DNA of 26,154 nt from a virus (Duplodnaviria; Caudoviricetes): the IMG/VR virus record IMGVR_UViG_3300036784_000277, positions 1-26,154 of that record; one strand, written 5' to 3'. Under the pieces are notes generated by a model. The model saw nothing but the letters and a program-made list of their open reading frames with translations, was not told the DNA's origin and searched no databases. Made by a program: the position numbers and the translations under genes. Positions 14,558 to 22,831 of the stretch are shown piece by piece. Each line of letters starts with the position of its first letter. Position 1 is the first letter of the stretch.

Positions 14558-14788
14558 ATGAGGATCGGCAAGGACGTGAGCGCGGCCCGGGAGGCGGCGG
14601 GGATGACGATGGCGGCGCTGGCGCGGCTCTTGGGCGTGACCCGTCAATTCATCTGGGATGTCGAGAGCGATCGCCGGCCGTTCCCGCCGAGCCAGCTGGA
14701 GAAGCTCCCCCCGGAGATGCGCGACAGCATCAAAGGGGCGATGATCGACGCCCACATGGCCGAGGTCGACCGGCTGATGGATTCCTAA
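14558..14788 (+). CDS. XRE-family HTH regulator (Cro-like), 76 aa, probably leaderless
   Basis: AREAAGMTMAALARLLGVTRQFIWDVESDRR HTH_3 pattern; ATG lies 7 nt after the -10 box. Confidence 0.85.
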   Translation: MRIGKDVSAAREAAGMTMAALARLLGVTRQFIWDVESDRRPFPPSQLEKLPPEMRDSIKGAMIDAHMAEVDRLMDS

Positions 14789-14802
14789 AATACGCGCTAG
14801 CG

Positions 14803-15297
14803 ATGAAACTCTCCGACCTCGTGCGCGCCCGGATCGACCTCAAGGAACGCGGCCGCATCCACTGGGGCCTCTGCCCGTTCCACCCCGACCAGCACCCCTC
14901 GCTCGCGGTCTACGACGCTTCGGGGGATGACCCGGCGCATTACCATTGCTTTGCTTGCGAAGCCCACGGGGACGCGCTCGACTGGCTGATGAAGATCGAG
15001 GGGCTCAGCTTTCCCGAGGCGAAAAAGAAACTCGGCGAGGACTGGGTCCCGACGACGCGAAAACGGCCCCGCCTTGTGGCGGACGCGCTCCTCGGCTGGC
15101 CCGAACCCGGGGTCGAGCATCAGGAGGTGGCGCTGCTGCGTGAGCGGCTGGTGCAGTCCTCATGGTCGAACGAGCAGACGCTATTTTGGCTGTGGTCAAC
15201 GGCGCCGACGCTCGATGACGAGCAATTGAGATTACGCCACCCTTACGCCTCAGAATTCGTAATTGCCCGCTTGCGGAAGATCTATCCCAAGCCATAG
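14803..15297 (+). CDS. CHC2 zinc-finger (DnaG-type Zn-binding domain) protein without TOPRIM
   Basis: WGLCPFHPDQHPSL...YHCFACEAHGDALDWLMKIEGLSFPEA. Confidence 0.88.
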   Translation: MKLSDLVRARIDLKERGRIHWGLCPFHPDQHPSLAVYDASGDDPAHYHCFACEAHGDALDWLMKIEGLSFPEAKKKLGEDWVPTTRKRPRLVADALLGWPEPGVEHQEVALLRERLVQSSWSNEQTLFWLWSTAPTLDDEQLRLRHPYASEFVIARLRKIYPKP

Positions 15298-15343
15298 CAT
15301 CGTCAAAATACCGTCACGTGTTTGCCTTTGGTCAGGGGAGGGG

Positions 15344-16177
15344 ATGCCTGTGGCTGCGGTGCTGCGCGAAGTATTTAAAAATTTATTTACTGTCATCAAC
15401 CCGTCACGCTGGGAAGGAAGGGCTCCACCAAAACGCGAGTGGATGGTCGAGGGCATGGCATTGAAGGGTACGGTGGTGATGATGAGTGGCGACGGCGGCA
15501 AAGGCAAAAGTCTTATATGTCAACAGCTTCTGTCATCCGCCGCTCTCGGACGCGACTGGCTGGGGATGCCGGTGCGCGGCGGCAGGGGGCTGATGATCTC
15601 CTGCGAGGACGACGAGGACGAACTGTGGCGGCGGCAGGAGAGCATAAACAACGACCTCCTGTGCACGATGACCGACGTCTGCGAGGGCGGCCTGATGCTG
15701 CAGCCGCGGGTCGGGCAGGACAACCTGCTGGTGGTGTTCGACCGCCGCGAGTGGCGGGTGAAGGCGACTGCGCTCTTCCAGGCGGTCTGGGACTTCTGCG
15801 CGCACGAGGGCATCCAGTACGTGGTGATCGACACCGCGACCGCGACCTTCGGCGGCAACCAGAACGACGAGCAACAGGTCAGCGCCTACATCACGCTTCT
15901 GCGCCGGCTGGCGATGAAGCTCGAGGGCTGCGTCGTCATCACCAAGCACCCGAGCTTTACGGGAAGAGCCAACGGCAGCGGGGAAAGCGGCAGCGTCACC
16001 TGGAACAACAGCGTGCGCTCCCGGGTCTATCTGCACGACGACGGCAAGGGGCTGGTGTTGAAGACCGTTAAGAGCAATTACGGCGCATCGGGCGGCCAAG
16101 TTCCCCTCATTTGGGAAAACGGGGTATTTGTCCGCGACCAGCCAGCTGACCGCGCCGGTAGCTATTCCACGAGGTGA
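15344..16177 (+). CDS. RecA-family replicative helicase (AAA_25 / RepA-like)
   Basis: PKREWMVEG, Walker A GDGGKGKS, SCEDD, Walker B YVVIDT, HPS...SGSVTWNNSVRSR, KSNYG; GGGGAGG SD. Confidence 0.88.
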   Translation: MPVAAVLREVFKNLFTVINPSRWEGRAPPKREWMVEGMALKGTVVMMSGDGGKGKSLICQQLLSSAALGRDWLGMPVRGGRGLMISCEDDEDELWRRQESINNDLLCTMTDVCEGGLMLQPRVGQDNLLVVFDRREWRVKATALFQAVWDFCAHEGIQYVVIDTATATFGGNQNDEQQVSAYITLLRRLAMKLEGCVVITKHPSFTGRANGSGESGSVTWNNSVRSRVYLHDDGKGLVLKTVKSNYGASGGQVPLIWENGVFVRDQPADRAGSYSTR

Positions 16178-16293
16178 AACGCTTTCAACCAACCAGGGAT
16201 GGTGCCGAATGGCGGATCGTTTCGGTTAAACGGCTTCCGGCATGGAACCCTGAGCGACGGCCATCCCCACAAAAACCAAGGCGAGATCGCGCT

Positions 16294-17709
16294 ATGACCT
16301 TTACCAGCCAGTGCATCACCTACGAGGTCAATGGGCAGACCCTGGCGCTCGACTACAGCCAGGCGCTCGCCGCGGGCGCGCCCGATCCGGCGACCGGCGT
16401 CTATTATCAGGGCGTCCAGCTGCTGCCGCTCTCGGGCGCACCCGGCCAGGTCTGGAGTTACCAGCAGCTTGCCAACTCGTTCGCCCTCACCGCCGACAAC
16501 CTCGGCTGGTTCGGCCTCGACGGGCGCAGCCTCTGGCTCTCGCCGCCGTGGGACGACGCGTCGTCGACCGGAAACATAGAAGAGACCACCAACCCCGACG
16601 GCACCGTCACGTTCGGCTATGGCGGCAATATCCTCAGGCCCTCAGCAGACGGCACGGGGGTCGAGATGGCGCCGCCACCCTCCGGCTGGGCGATCGTCGC
16701 GCCGCCGGTGACCCCGCCCGTCAACGACTCGACGGATGCAACCGTCATCCCGGGGTTGCCGGTCGCCGGGTTGCAGGGCGCCTGGAGTCCGACGAACCAG
16801 GCGTTCGACAGCGACTACTGGCTGGCTTTTCTTTCCCGCCCGCCCATCGATGCAACCGGCGCGCAGAACTGCATCGTCATGGCGAACGGCATCGGGATCC
16901 AGGGCGACTGGACGCAGTTCGGCGGCGACGCCTACTACAGCGGGCAGGTCGCGCAGCAATCCAACTCTATCGCCAATCCGGGTGCCAAGCAGTGGTTCGC
17001 GATTCCCTTGGGCGCGTTCCCGCCATCCTCGGGCTCGCTGGCCGAGGCCGGCACCGGCGCCTTCAATCAGCATTACGCCAATGCCGCTTCGCAGTTCGGC
17101 GCGGTCCAGGGCCGCGTCCTCTGGCGCCTGATGTGGGAAGGCATCGCGCAGAGGAACGACTGGTACCCGTGGGGCTACGACTACCCGGGTTCCTCTCCCG
17201 GCACCTATGCCGCCGACTTTGTCGCCGCGTGGAACCAGATGGCGCAGAGCGTCCTCCCGATCCTCCCGGGCGAACTTGTGTGGAACCTCAACCAGGATTT
17301 CCTCGCCTGCCCGGTGTGGCAGGAATGCTGGCCCCAAGGCCAGTACCGGCCCTCGATCGTCGCGGTCGACGTCTATTATCAGGGGTGGATGGGCCCGGTC
17401 GGTCCTGATGGCGGCTTGGGCGTCTTCAACCAGTACCACCTGCCCGGCCTCGAGGAGGCGGCTGCCTTCGCGCTGGAGAAGGGCGCCCGCTTTGCCATAG
17501 CCGAGTGGGGGATCCAGAACGGCGACGCGCCGGGCTGGGTTGCGGCTCTAGGGCAATTCATCTCTTCGCTCGAGGGCGAGACGGTGACGATCAACGACGA
17601 AACCCTGCCGCTCTACGTCTACAACGGCGCCTACCTCGTCGGCGCCGATTCGATCGTCAATTGCCCCAATGCGCTCACGGTCTACTCTTCGCCGCCCTTC
17701 GCGCTCTAG
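16294..17709 (+). CDS. GH26-like glycoside hydrolase with uncharacterised N-terminal domain
   Basis: WRLMWEG...DWYPWG (acid/base Glu), FVAAW, VWN, VAVDVY, FAIAEWG (nucleophile Glu). Start chosen at ATG 16294 because the upstream extension looks non-coding. Confidence 0.72.
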   Translation: MTFTSQCITYEVNGQTLALDYSQALAAGAPDPATGVYYQGVQLLPLSGAPGQVWSYQQLANSFALTADNLGWFGLDGRSLWLSPPWDDASSTGNIEETTNPDGTVTFGYGGNILRPSADGTGVEMAPPPSGWAIVAPPVTPPVNDSTDATVIPGLPVAGLQGAWSPTNQAFDSDYWLAFLSRPPIDATGAQNCIVMANGIGIQGDWTQFGGDAYYSGQVAQQSNSIANPGAKQWFAIPLGAFPPSSGSLAEAGTGAFNQHYANAASQFGAVQGRVLWRLMWEGIAQRNDWYPWGYDYPGSSPGTYAADFVAAWNQMAQSVLPILPGELVWNLNQDFLACPVWQECWPQGQYRPSIVAVDVYYQGWMGPVGPDGGLGVFNQYHLPGLEEAAAFALEKGARFAIAEWGIQNGDAPGWVAALGQFISSLEGETVTINDETLPLYVYNGAYLVGADSIVNCPNALTVYSSPPFAL

Positions 17710-17745
17710 AAAAAGAAGCCGCCCTCATTGACCCTTGAGGGCGGC
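17710..17745 (-). terminator. Intrinsic terminator between convergent operons
   Basis: gccgccctca-ttgaccct-tgagggcggc 10-bp stem followed by TTCTTTTT on the minus strand. Confidence 0.8.
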
Positions 17746-17897
17746 CAAGGCGTATGGGGTGATTTGACGACGCCGCCCCAGGGAGGCGGCGGCACGAGTA
17801 TAGCAAAAATACGCCGGCCGCTGTGGTCTCCGGGGGAGCCGGCCGGCAGTCTCGCATGGTCGATATGGCGAACCGTCCCGGGCCCGCGCCGCTGATC

Positions 17898-18146
17898 TTA
17901 CTTATAGCCCTCGAGTTTGTAGAGGTATTTCAAGAAGTCGGCGTTGGAGCGAGAGACCTCGGTCACCCCGTCGACCCGGTGGTCGAGGCTCGAGAGTTGC
18001 TCCTCGATCGCCGCGAGTCTTCTCTCGACGAGAAACCCGACGGTCGAGACGAGAACGCCGACGATGACCACCGCGGCCCGCCACAGATGGTGCGGCGTCA
18101 AGCCATTCGTGCCCTTTGGCTGCTCGTGCGGCCTCGAGGCAACCAT
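17898..18146 (-). CDS. 82-aa single-TM + coiled-coil protein
   Basis: Hydrophobic AAVVIVGVLVSTVGFLV followed by heptads. Possibly holin-like, but no endolysin is adjacent. Confidence 0.6.
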   Translation of the reverse strand: MVASRPHEQPKGTNGLTPHHLWRAAVVIVGVLVSTVGFLVERRLAAIEEQLSSLDHRVDGVTEVSRSNADFLKYLYKLEGYK

Positions 18147-18150
18147 CGGC

Positions 18151-18330
18151 TCACAAGTCCGTTTGGCCCTGAGTGATCCACCCCTCCCAGGTCAACTGGT
18201 CGATGGCGTAGACGATAAATTGCTTCTTCGACGGCACCATCACCAGCGCCATCACCTTACTGTTGGTGTCGACGTAAATCTTGAGGAGCGTTCCCTGCCC
18301 GTCGGGGGTCAAGACCGTGGCGATCAGCAT
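18151..18330 (-). CDS. Hypothetical protein, 59 aa
   Basis: MLIATVLTPDGQGTLLKIYVDTNSKVMALVMVPSKKQFIVYAIDQLTWEGWITQGQTDL; fills the operon gap. Confidence 0.6.
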   Translation of the reverse strand: MLIATVLTPDGQGTLLKIYVDTNSKVMALVMVPSKKQFIVYAIDQLTWEGWITQGQTDL

Positions 18331-18339
18331 CCCGCTATT

Positions 18340-18519
18340 CTAACCCTCAGGGCGCCGAGAGGCCGAGGGACATCGTTCCAAATGCGGGCATTCGCGCGAG
18401 GCGAACGCCGGCACGCCCCCTTGGACGCAATAGCGCTCATAGCGGCAAGTCTCATTCGCCTCTTTCAGCAGTCGCTCGAATTGCCGCTTGATGTCGGCGA
18501 AGTCGTAGACCCCGCTCAT
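18340..18519 (-). CDS. Hypothetical Cys-containing protein, 59 aa
   Basis: MSGVYDFADIKRQFERLL...; ATGA-coupled to VRR-NUC. Confidence 0.55.
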   Translation of the reverse strand: MSGVYDFADIKRQFERLLKEANETCRYERYCVQGGVPAFASRECPHLERCPSASRRPEG

Positions 18520-18881
18520 GCCGCCCGGCCCGGCCGGACCCGGTGCGGGACCCCGTGCTTGTCCAACGCGGCTATCACTTCCTCGATCGAGCGGCAGACC
18601 TCGACCTTGTGGCCCAAGGCGCGCAGATCGGCATGGGCGGCCTTCTGCTCCAAGGCCACCCGCCCGCCCTTCGGCACCTTCAGTTCGATCCACAGATTGA
18701 CCCCCGGCGCTATCACCAGGTGGTCCGGCATCCCCGCTCTGAGCCCCTTCGCTTTGAGGATCGCGCCTCTCGTCGCGCCACCGCCGCCACTGGGAAAGCA
18801 AGTGCTGAGCGAGGGCTGCTCGAGCGCGTGAAAGAGCAGCTTCGCCACGCCCTTGTGCAGCGCTTCCTCCAGGCTCCTCAC
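18516..18881 (-). CDS. VRR-NUC domain nuclease (putative Holliday junction resolvase)
   Basis: EEALH...GLRAGMPDHL...WIELKVPKGGRVALEQ...GHKVEVCRS; GTG overlaps the upstream stop. Confidence 0.88.
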   Translation of the reverse strand: MRSLEEALHKGVAKLLFHALEQPSLSTCFPSGGGGATRGAILKAKGLRAGMPDHLVIAPGVNLWIELKVPKGGRVALEQKAAHADLRALGHKVEVCRSIEEVIAALDKHGVPHRVRPGRAA

Positions 18882-19072
18882 AGCCAGCCGATCAAATCGA
18901 GCACGAGGATGACCGCACAGAGAATCCACAAGGTGCCGCCCACCCCGTACCATGCCGCGGTCCCCCGGTCATAGGCCCAGCGCCCACCCCACCCGCCCCG
19001 GTTGGCCCAAAAGCCGCCGAGAAGCGCGACCACCAAGACGATAACCAACAACGCAGCAAGGTTCAGCATCAC
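18878..19072 (-). CDS. Two-TM small membrane protein (DUF3309-like)
   Basis: Two hydrophobic helices joined by a Gly/Trp-rich loop; AT-rich tract upstream at 19085-19115. Confidence 0.65.
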   Translation of the reverse strand: MMLNLAALLVIVLVVALLGGFWANRGGWGGRWAYDRGTAAWYGVGGTLWILCAVILVLDLIGWL

Positions 19073-19208
19073 GCACCCTGCCCTTCAAACAAATAAATAA
19101 TAGAACAGACAATATACGCCAGCAGTATCCACGTTGCGATTGCCGCAAGGACGCCCACCAGCAGCCTGGTGCGTGGCGAGGGCTCGACGCGCGGCATCGC
19201 GGCGGTCA

Positions 19209-19566
19209 TCATCCCCCCTCCTCGCTGGCGCCGCATATCATGGTGTTTTTTCGGCCTCTTCGTTCTCGGGCATCCCAGCGCCGAAACTCGCTATAGCGCG
19301 TTTTTGTGCCGTCGCTGCGGTACGAGACGCGCGCTAGAGCGTGGAGGGACGGCCAGCGCAACGGACCCTCGGAGTAGGGGTCGCGCACTTCGACGGGTTG
19401 GTCGGGGGTACCGAGGGCGACCAGCACCCGGGCAAGTGCGCATGACGCGCCATTGCGCGAGGTCGTCTCGTGCAGGATGCCGTTCGGTGCAGCTGGCGCG
19501 CCATTGCGAGGGGCGCTCTTTGGTTGCGCTGTTGGGAATCGGTGCTTGGGTTATTTGGATCGTCAT
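19209..19566 (-). pseudogene. Frameshifted hypothetical gene (or sequence error near 19485)
   Basis: The coupled ATG at 19566 reads MTIQ...WRASCT. A shift at about 19485 continues NGILHETTSRNGASCALARVLVALGTPDQPVEV... to the stop at 19209. Confidence 0.5.
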
Positions 19567-19805
19567 ACCGGGTAGGGTGCCTTCCCGGATGCGTCCCGGG
19601 GCCAGGAGAGGGCCGCCAGCTGCAGGGAAAGCCGCTCGGCCGTATATCCCAGGACGCTGAGCAAAGCCTCGTCTGTGGCCTCCCCAGAGGCTCTAGCGGC
19701 GATGCCGGCTCTGAGGCCCTCGACCGCGCCGAGGAGCACCGCGGCTTCGGATGGCGAATACCAGATGCCGCCGACGAGCCGCGACAGGTCGGGCTTTCCT
19801 CTCAT
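19563..19805 (-). CDS. Hypothetical protein, 80 aa
   Basis: MRGKPDLSRLVGGIWYSP...; ATGA-coupled on both sides. Confidence 0.6.
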   Translation of the reverse strand: MRGKPDLSRLVGGIWYSPSEAAVLLGAVEGLRAGIAARASGEATDEALLSVLGYTAERLSLQLAALSWPRDASGKAPYPV

Positions 19806-19927
19806 CGGCCGAACAGCATGACCATGAGGCTCAGCACCACCCCGGCGAGCATGATCGCGCCGACGAGGCGGCAGGCCTCGAGCGCCCACAGCGCCCAAGC
19901 GGGCCTTCTCATGCGCTCATCGCTCAT
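19802..19927 (-). CDS. 41-aa membrane peptide
   Basis: MSDERMRRPAWALWALEACRLVGAIMLAGVVLSLMVMLFGR; GGAG SD. Confidence 0.55.
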   Translation of the reverse strand: MSDERMRRPAWALWALEACRLVGAIMLAGVVLSLMVMLFGR

Positions 19928-19929
19928 GC

Positions 19930-20412
19930 CTATTTCTCCCCGGTCTCCATCTTGCGAATCTCCGACAGGATCTGCCCCAGGCGATCGGTGTTCTGGCCGC
20001 GAAGATAGGCCTCGTGCACCCTGGCTAATGTCCTCAAGGTCTGGTTCGCCGCATCGACGATCAAGCGGTCTTTTTTCACGTCCAGGAGCCCAGCGTCCTC
20101 GGCGTAGTAGTATTTCCGCAAGACCTGGTTGATGTTCAACAGCGCGTGCCGGGTGTTGTCGAGCGCGACCTCGCTGGTTGAGGTGTCGGCGTCGACCTTG
20201 AGGCTCTGCTGCTCGATGGTATCCAATTCGGCCTGGACAAATTCGGCCGTCTTTTTTGCCGCTTGGGCGATGATCTTTCTCTCGAGCGGCGACTTTCGGT
20301 TCAGGTTCGGCACCACGGTGGAGTGGGCGCCCGGATCGGGCAGGCCCAAAAGGTTGCGCACCCGGCGCTGTTCCAGGGCAGCCTTGCGGCCCTCCTTGGC
20401 GTCAGGTGGCAT
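19930..20412 (-). CDS. Hypothetical helical protein, 160 aa (weak small-terminase candidate)
   Basis: Protein-like composition, basic N-terminus, long predicted helices; no diagnostic motif. Confidence 0.65.
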   Translation of the reverse strand: MPPDAKEGRKAALEQRRVRNLLGLPDPGAHSTVVPNLNRKSPLERKIIAQAAKKTAEFVQAELDTIEQQSLKVDADTSTSEVALDNTRHALLNINQVLRKYYYAEDAGLLDVKKDRLIVDAANQTLRTLARVHEAYLRGQNTDRLGQILSEIRKMETGEK

Positions 20413-20608
20413 CGCGCATCACCAGCCACAGAATCCGCTCCTCTCCCTCGAGGTCGCTCTTCTCCACCGCCGCGAGCCAGACCTCGTCCTCAAAGTTCAA
20501 ATCGCCGCACTCAAAGGCTTCGCGGATCGCCAACTCAGCTTCGGCTTGGCTGGAATAAAGGGCGCCATCCTCTAGCCCTTTGGCCTCAATCAGCGGATTC
20601 CGGCTCAT
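20402..20608 (-). CDS. Hypothetical acidic protein, 68 aa
   Basis: GGAGG SD; overlaps the next gene. Confidence 0.65.
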   Translation of the reverse strand: MSRNPLIEAKGLEDGALYSSQAEAELAIREAFECGDLNFEDEVWLAAVEKSDLEGEERILWLVMRDAT

Positions 20609-20635
20609 GCGGTTCCTCCATGCGCTCCCCGCCGC

Positions 20636-21019
20636 TCACACTGCCGGCATAACATCAAATCCGGCATCGCGCAGGTGGCGGTCCCATGAATAGCCATTAT
20701 CGGGCAGCAGAGCATTGATGAACGCGTCCGAGAACTCCTTGTCGGCAGCGTATGTGCGAGAGGCGAAGTCAGCATCGCGGATCGGGCGTAGCTTTTTCGC
20801 TGCAACGCTAACCGCTGCGTCACACTTGGAGTAGCCATAACCGCCCGCATGGCCGCGCACCATCTCGGTGCCGATCCAATGTACGTAGGCGTAAAGCCGG
20901 CCCGCTCCGTCGCGCGGAAACTTGAAGGCAACCGTCGCCACGCGTTCGCCGCCCTTCAATACGACGTAAGCAGATACGCTAGCGAATGACGCTTTGTGCT
21001 GCTCCGAAATGTCAGTCAT
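20636..21019 (-). CDS. Phage early-type hypothetical protein, 127 aa
   Basis: AAGGGG SD; RGHAGGYGYSK motif recalled from phage hypothetical proteins. Confidence 0.75.
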   Translation of the reverse strand: MTDISEQHKASFASVSAYVVLKGGERVATVAFKFPRDGAGRLYAYVHWIGTEMVRGHAGGYGYSKCDAAVSVAAKKLRPIRDADFASRTYAADKEFSDAFINALLPDNGYSWDRHLRDAGFDVMPAV

Positions 21020-21045
21020 CGGAAAATCCCCTTTCCGTTCTCAGC

Positions 21046-21098
21046 GGTGCGCTGAGGTATGCGCACCCACGAAGGGATGCGCATCACCTCAAGGCACC
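21046..21098 (-). other. Long imperfect intergenic hairpin (RNA processing site candidate)
   Basis: Paired segments ggtgc/gcacc, tgaggt/acctca, atgcgca/tgcgcat, ccc/ggg; loop reads UUCGU on the minus strand. Confidence 0.65.
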
Positions 21099-21102
21099 AG
21101 GA

Positions 21103-21555
21103 TCACACCACCTCCCAATAAACGGTCAACTCGCCCTGACGATCGACATGGCCGCAAGTCGCGTTGCCGTGATCCGAGACGATCAGCACATCGGTTCCGC
21201 GCGGCAACTCATCGCCGGCATCGACCTTCACGCATTCCTCTTCCGCTTGCTCGAGCGAGGGCCAATAGCCGTAATCCGAGCCGTCGCCCTCATGCGCGCC
21301 GAAATAACTGTAAGGTGCGGCCAACTCGTCCAACGCGGCGAACAACGCGTCAACCAAACCGTCGTCGTCGCGACCTTTCGGGCGAAAGCAAAGGTTCAGC
21401 AATGCGCCATACCGCTTGCGTTGCTCACGCGTCAGCCGCCGTCCCTCCATCAAGTAACCCAAATGGCCGCCAAATGCCGGGATCAAATCTTCCGACCGCA
21501 TCGTCCCATGGCTAACCGTGCCAATCCCTGGATACCGTGTCGTCTTCATCGTCAT
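21103..21555 (-). CDS. Phage early-type hypothetical protein, about 150 aa
   Basis: GTVSHGTMRSEDLIPAF...YFGAHEGDGSDYGYW; GGGAG SD. Confidence 0.75.
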   Translation of the reverse strand: MTMKTTRYPGIGTVSHGTMRSEDLIPAFGGHLGYLMEGRRLTREQRKRYGALLNLCFRPKGRDDDGLVDALFAALDELAAPYSYFGAHEGDGSDYGYWPSLEQAEEECVKVDAGDELPRGTDVLIVSDHGNATCGHVDRQGELTVYWEVV

Positions 21556-21587
21556 CGCCAAATCTCCCTTGGCTCTGGAAGTTAAAA

Positions 21588-21809
21588 CTAATTGGCAAAC
21601 CTGCCGACCAGCGCGTCATACATGTGAAACGCATAGTCGCTCTGCGGACTCCTCGCTAACGGACCAGGCCGATACGCCGAGGCGCACAACGCCCGGTACA
21701 AGCCGCTTCCCTGTCCGCCGTGATAATCGTTGGCAAACCAGTAAATCGCCTCCTCCCGCCCGAACTCAATGTCCGCGCTGGCGTCAAACGATTTCAGATG
21801 CTCAACCAT
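21588..21809 (-). CDS. Phage early-type hypothetical protein, 73 aa or more
   Basis: EAIYWFANDYHGGQGSGLY; the true start may be 21832 with a 2-nt slip in a (GA)4 run. Confidence 0.7.
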   Translation of the reverse strand: MVEHLKSFDASADIEFGREEAIYWFANDYHGGQGSGLYRALCASAYRPGPLARSPQSDYAFHMYDALVGRFAN

Positions 21810-21839
21810 TTCGTCTCTCTCGTCGCGTCCATCACACCA

Positions 21840-22831
21840 ATCTCCCTATAACCATCCTCAATGTAAGTCAGACGGACTGACGAAGCAAGCAGAATCTTCC
21901 ATATTCTCGGAACTTTCTTCACTTCTCTCATAACTTCAACAGCTTACGGACCAATAGCCGCGCGCGCGCACGCGCGGCGTTCAGAGGCCAAACTGCTTCA
22001 ACCGCTCTCCCTCCCATGCAGCGCCTCAGGCTAATGCTCGTGGATGCACGGACCGTGCCCCATCCTCTCCCGTCCGTGCCGGTAGGCTACGGGCGTTGCG
22101 TAACTGTCACCGTCTGTGAAACTTCTCCGTCACCTCACGTGACACCACACGCGGAACTAAGACAGCATCGTTCGGAACGTTGTGTCACTGCCGCAGCATC
22201 TCCGACGATCGGTTCGCGCCTTGGCCGGGAGCTTCCGTTCGGCGAAAGCCGGCGGGGAGGGGCGGGGGCGCCGCAGATTTATTCTCTGTGCGTCTGAACT
22301 CGCGGCACATTCGGAATCTGGCCGCGCTCGCTGGTGCGCTGGCCTCCCCCCGTCTGAGCTGCGGCGAGTTTTGGAAATTCGCTGTCTAGGTTGGTGCGTG
22401 TGGCGCGCGCACGCTTGCGGGCGCGGGTCTGGATCGTTTCCGTCTTGGACGGAGTTTTGCGATCGCGGGCCGTCGGCCCGGCGCGGGCGGCGCTATGCTG
22501 GCGGACGGTTGAGTGGATGCAAGGATAGGCGGGCGCCCGTGGCAAGCCGGCTTGGCCCGTGGCCTTGGCAGGCGGGCGTTGGGTGCCAGCGCTGACCTAT
22601 GATGATTGGGCAACCCTCTCGCGGCGTTCTGAGGAGGGCGCCAGCATAGCGCCGCGCTGTTCATTAGGGGGTTCTGTCTTTCAGATCAGGAGAAGTAGCC
22701 AGCGACTGACCCCGTTTCCCCTATCGAGGTTTCACCTTCGATAGGAGATACGCTCGGCTCGCAAGCTCCGCCTCGGGCGGGGAGCGCGACATAAGGGCGC
22801 GCTCTTTCTTCCTCACCCCCCCTTTCCCCCC
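21840..22831. other. About 1 kb non-coding region (candidate genome end, origin or early promoters)
   Basis: Only Arg/Pro/Ala-rich shadow ORFs; hairpins, G/C runs and CGCGCGCACGC motifs; upstream of the early-type operon. Confidence 0.55.

Noticed and set aside
14279-14788. A canonical arbitrium system
   Set aside because: No TPR/RRNPP receptor gene is adjacent, and the peptide has a disulfide-type mature part unlike AimP.
16174-16293. 40-aa N-terminal extension of the GH26-like ORF
   Set aside because: Basic low-complexity sequence unlike the acidic body; ATG 16294 is preferred, although a coupled GTG start cannot be excluded.
17898-19072. Lysis cassette
   Set aside because: Small TM proteins are present, but no endolysin or spanin lipobox could be recognised.
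21840-22831. tRNA or protein-coding genes in the gap
   Set aside because: No cloverleaf with T-loop and acceptor stem found by eye; the ORFs are low-complexity without a good SD.
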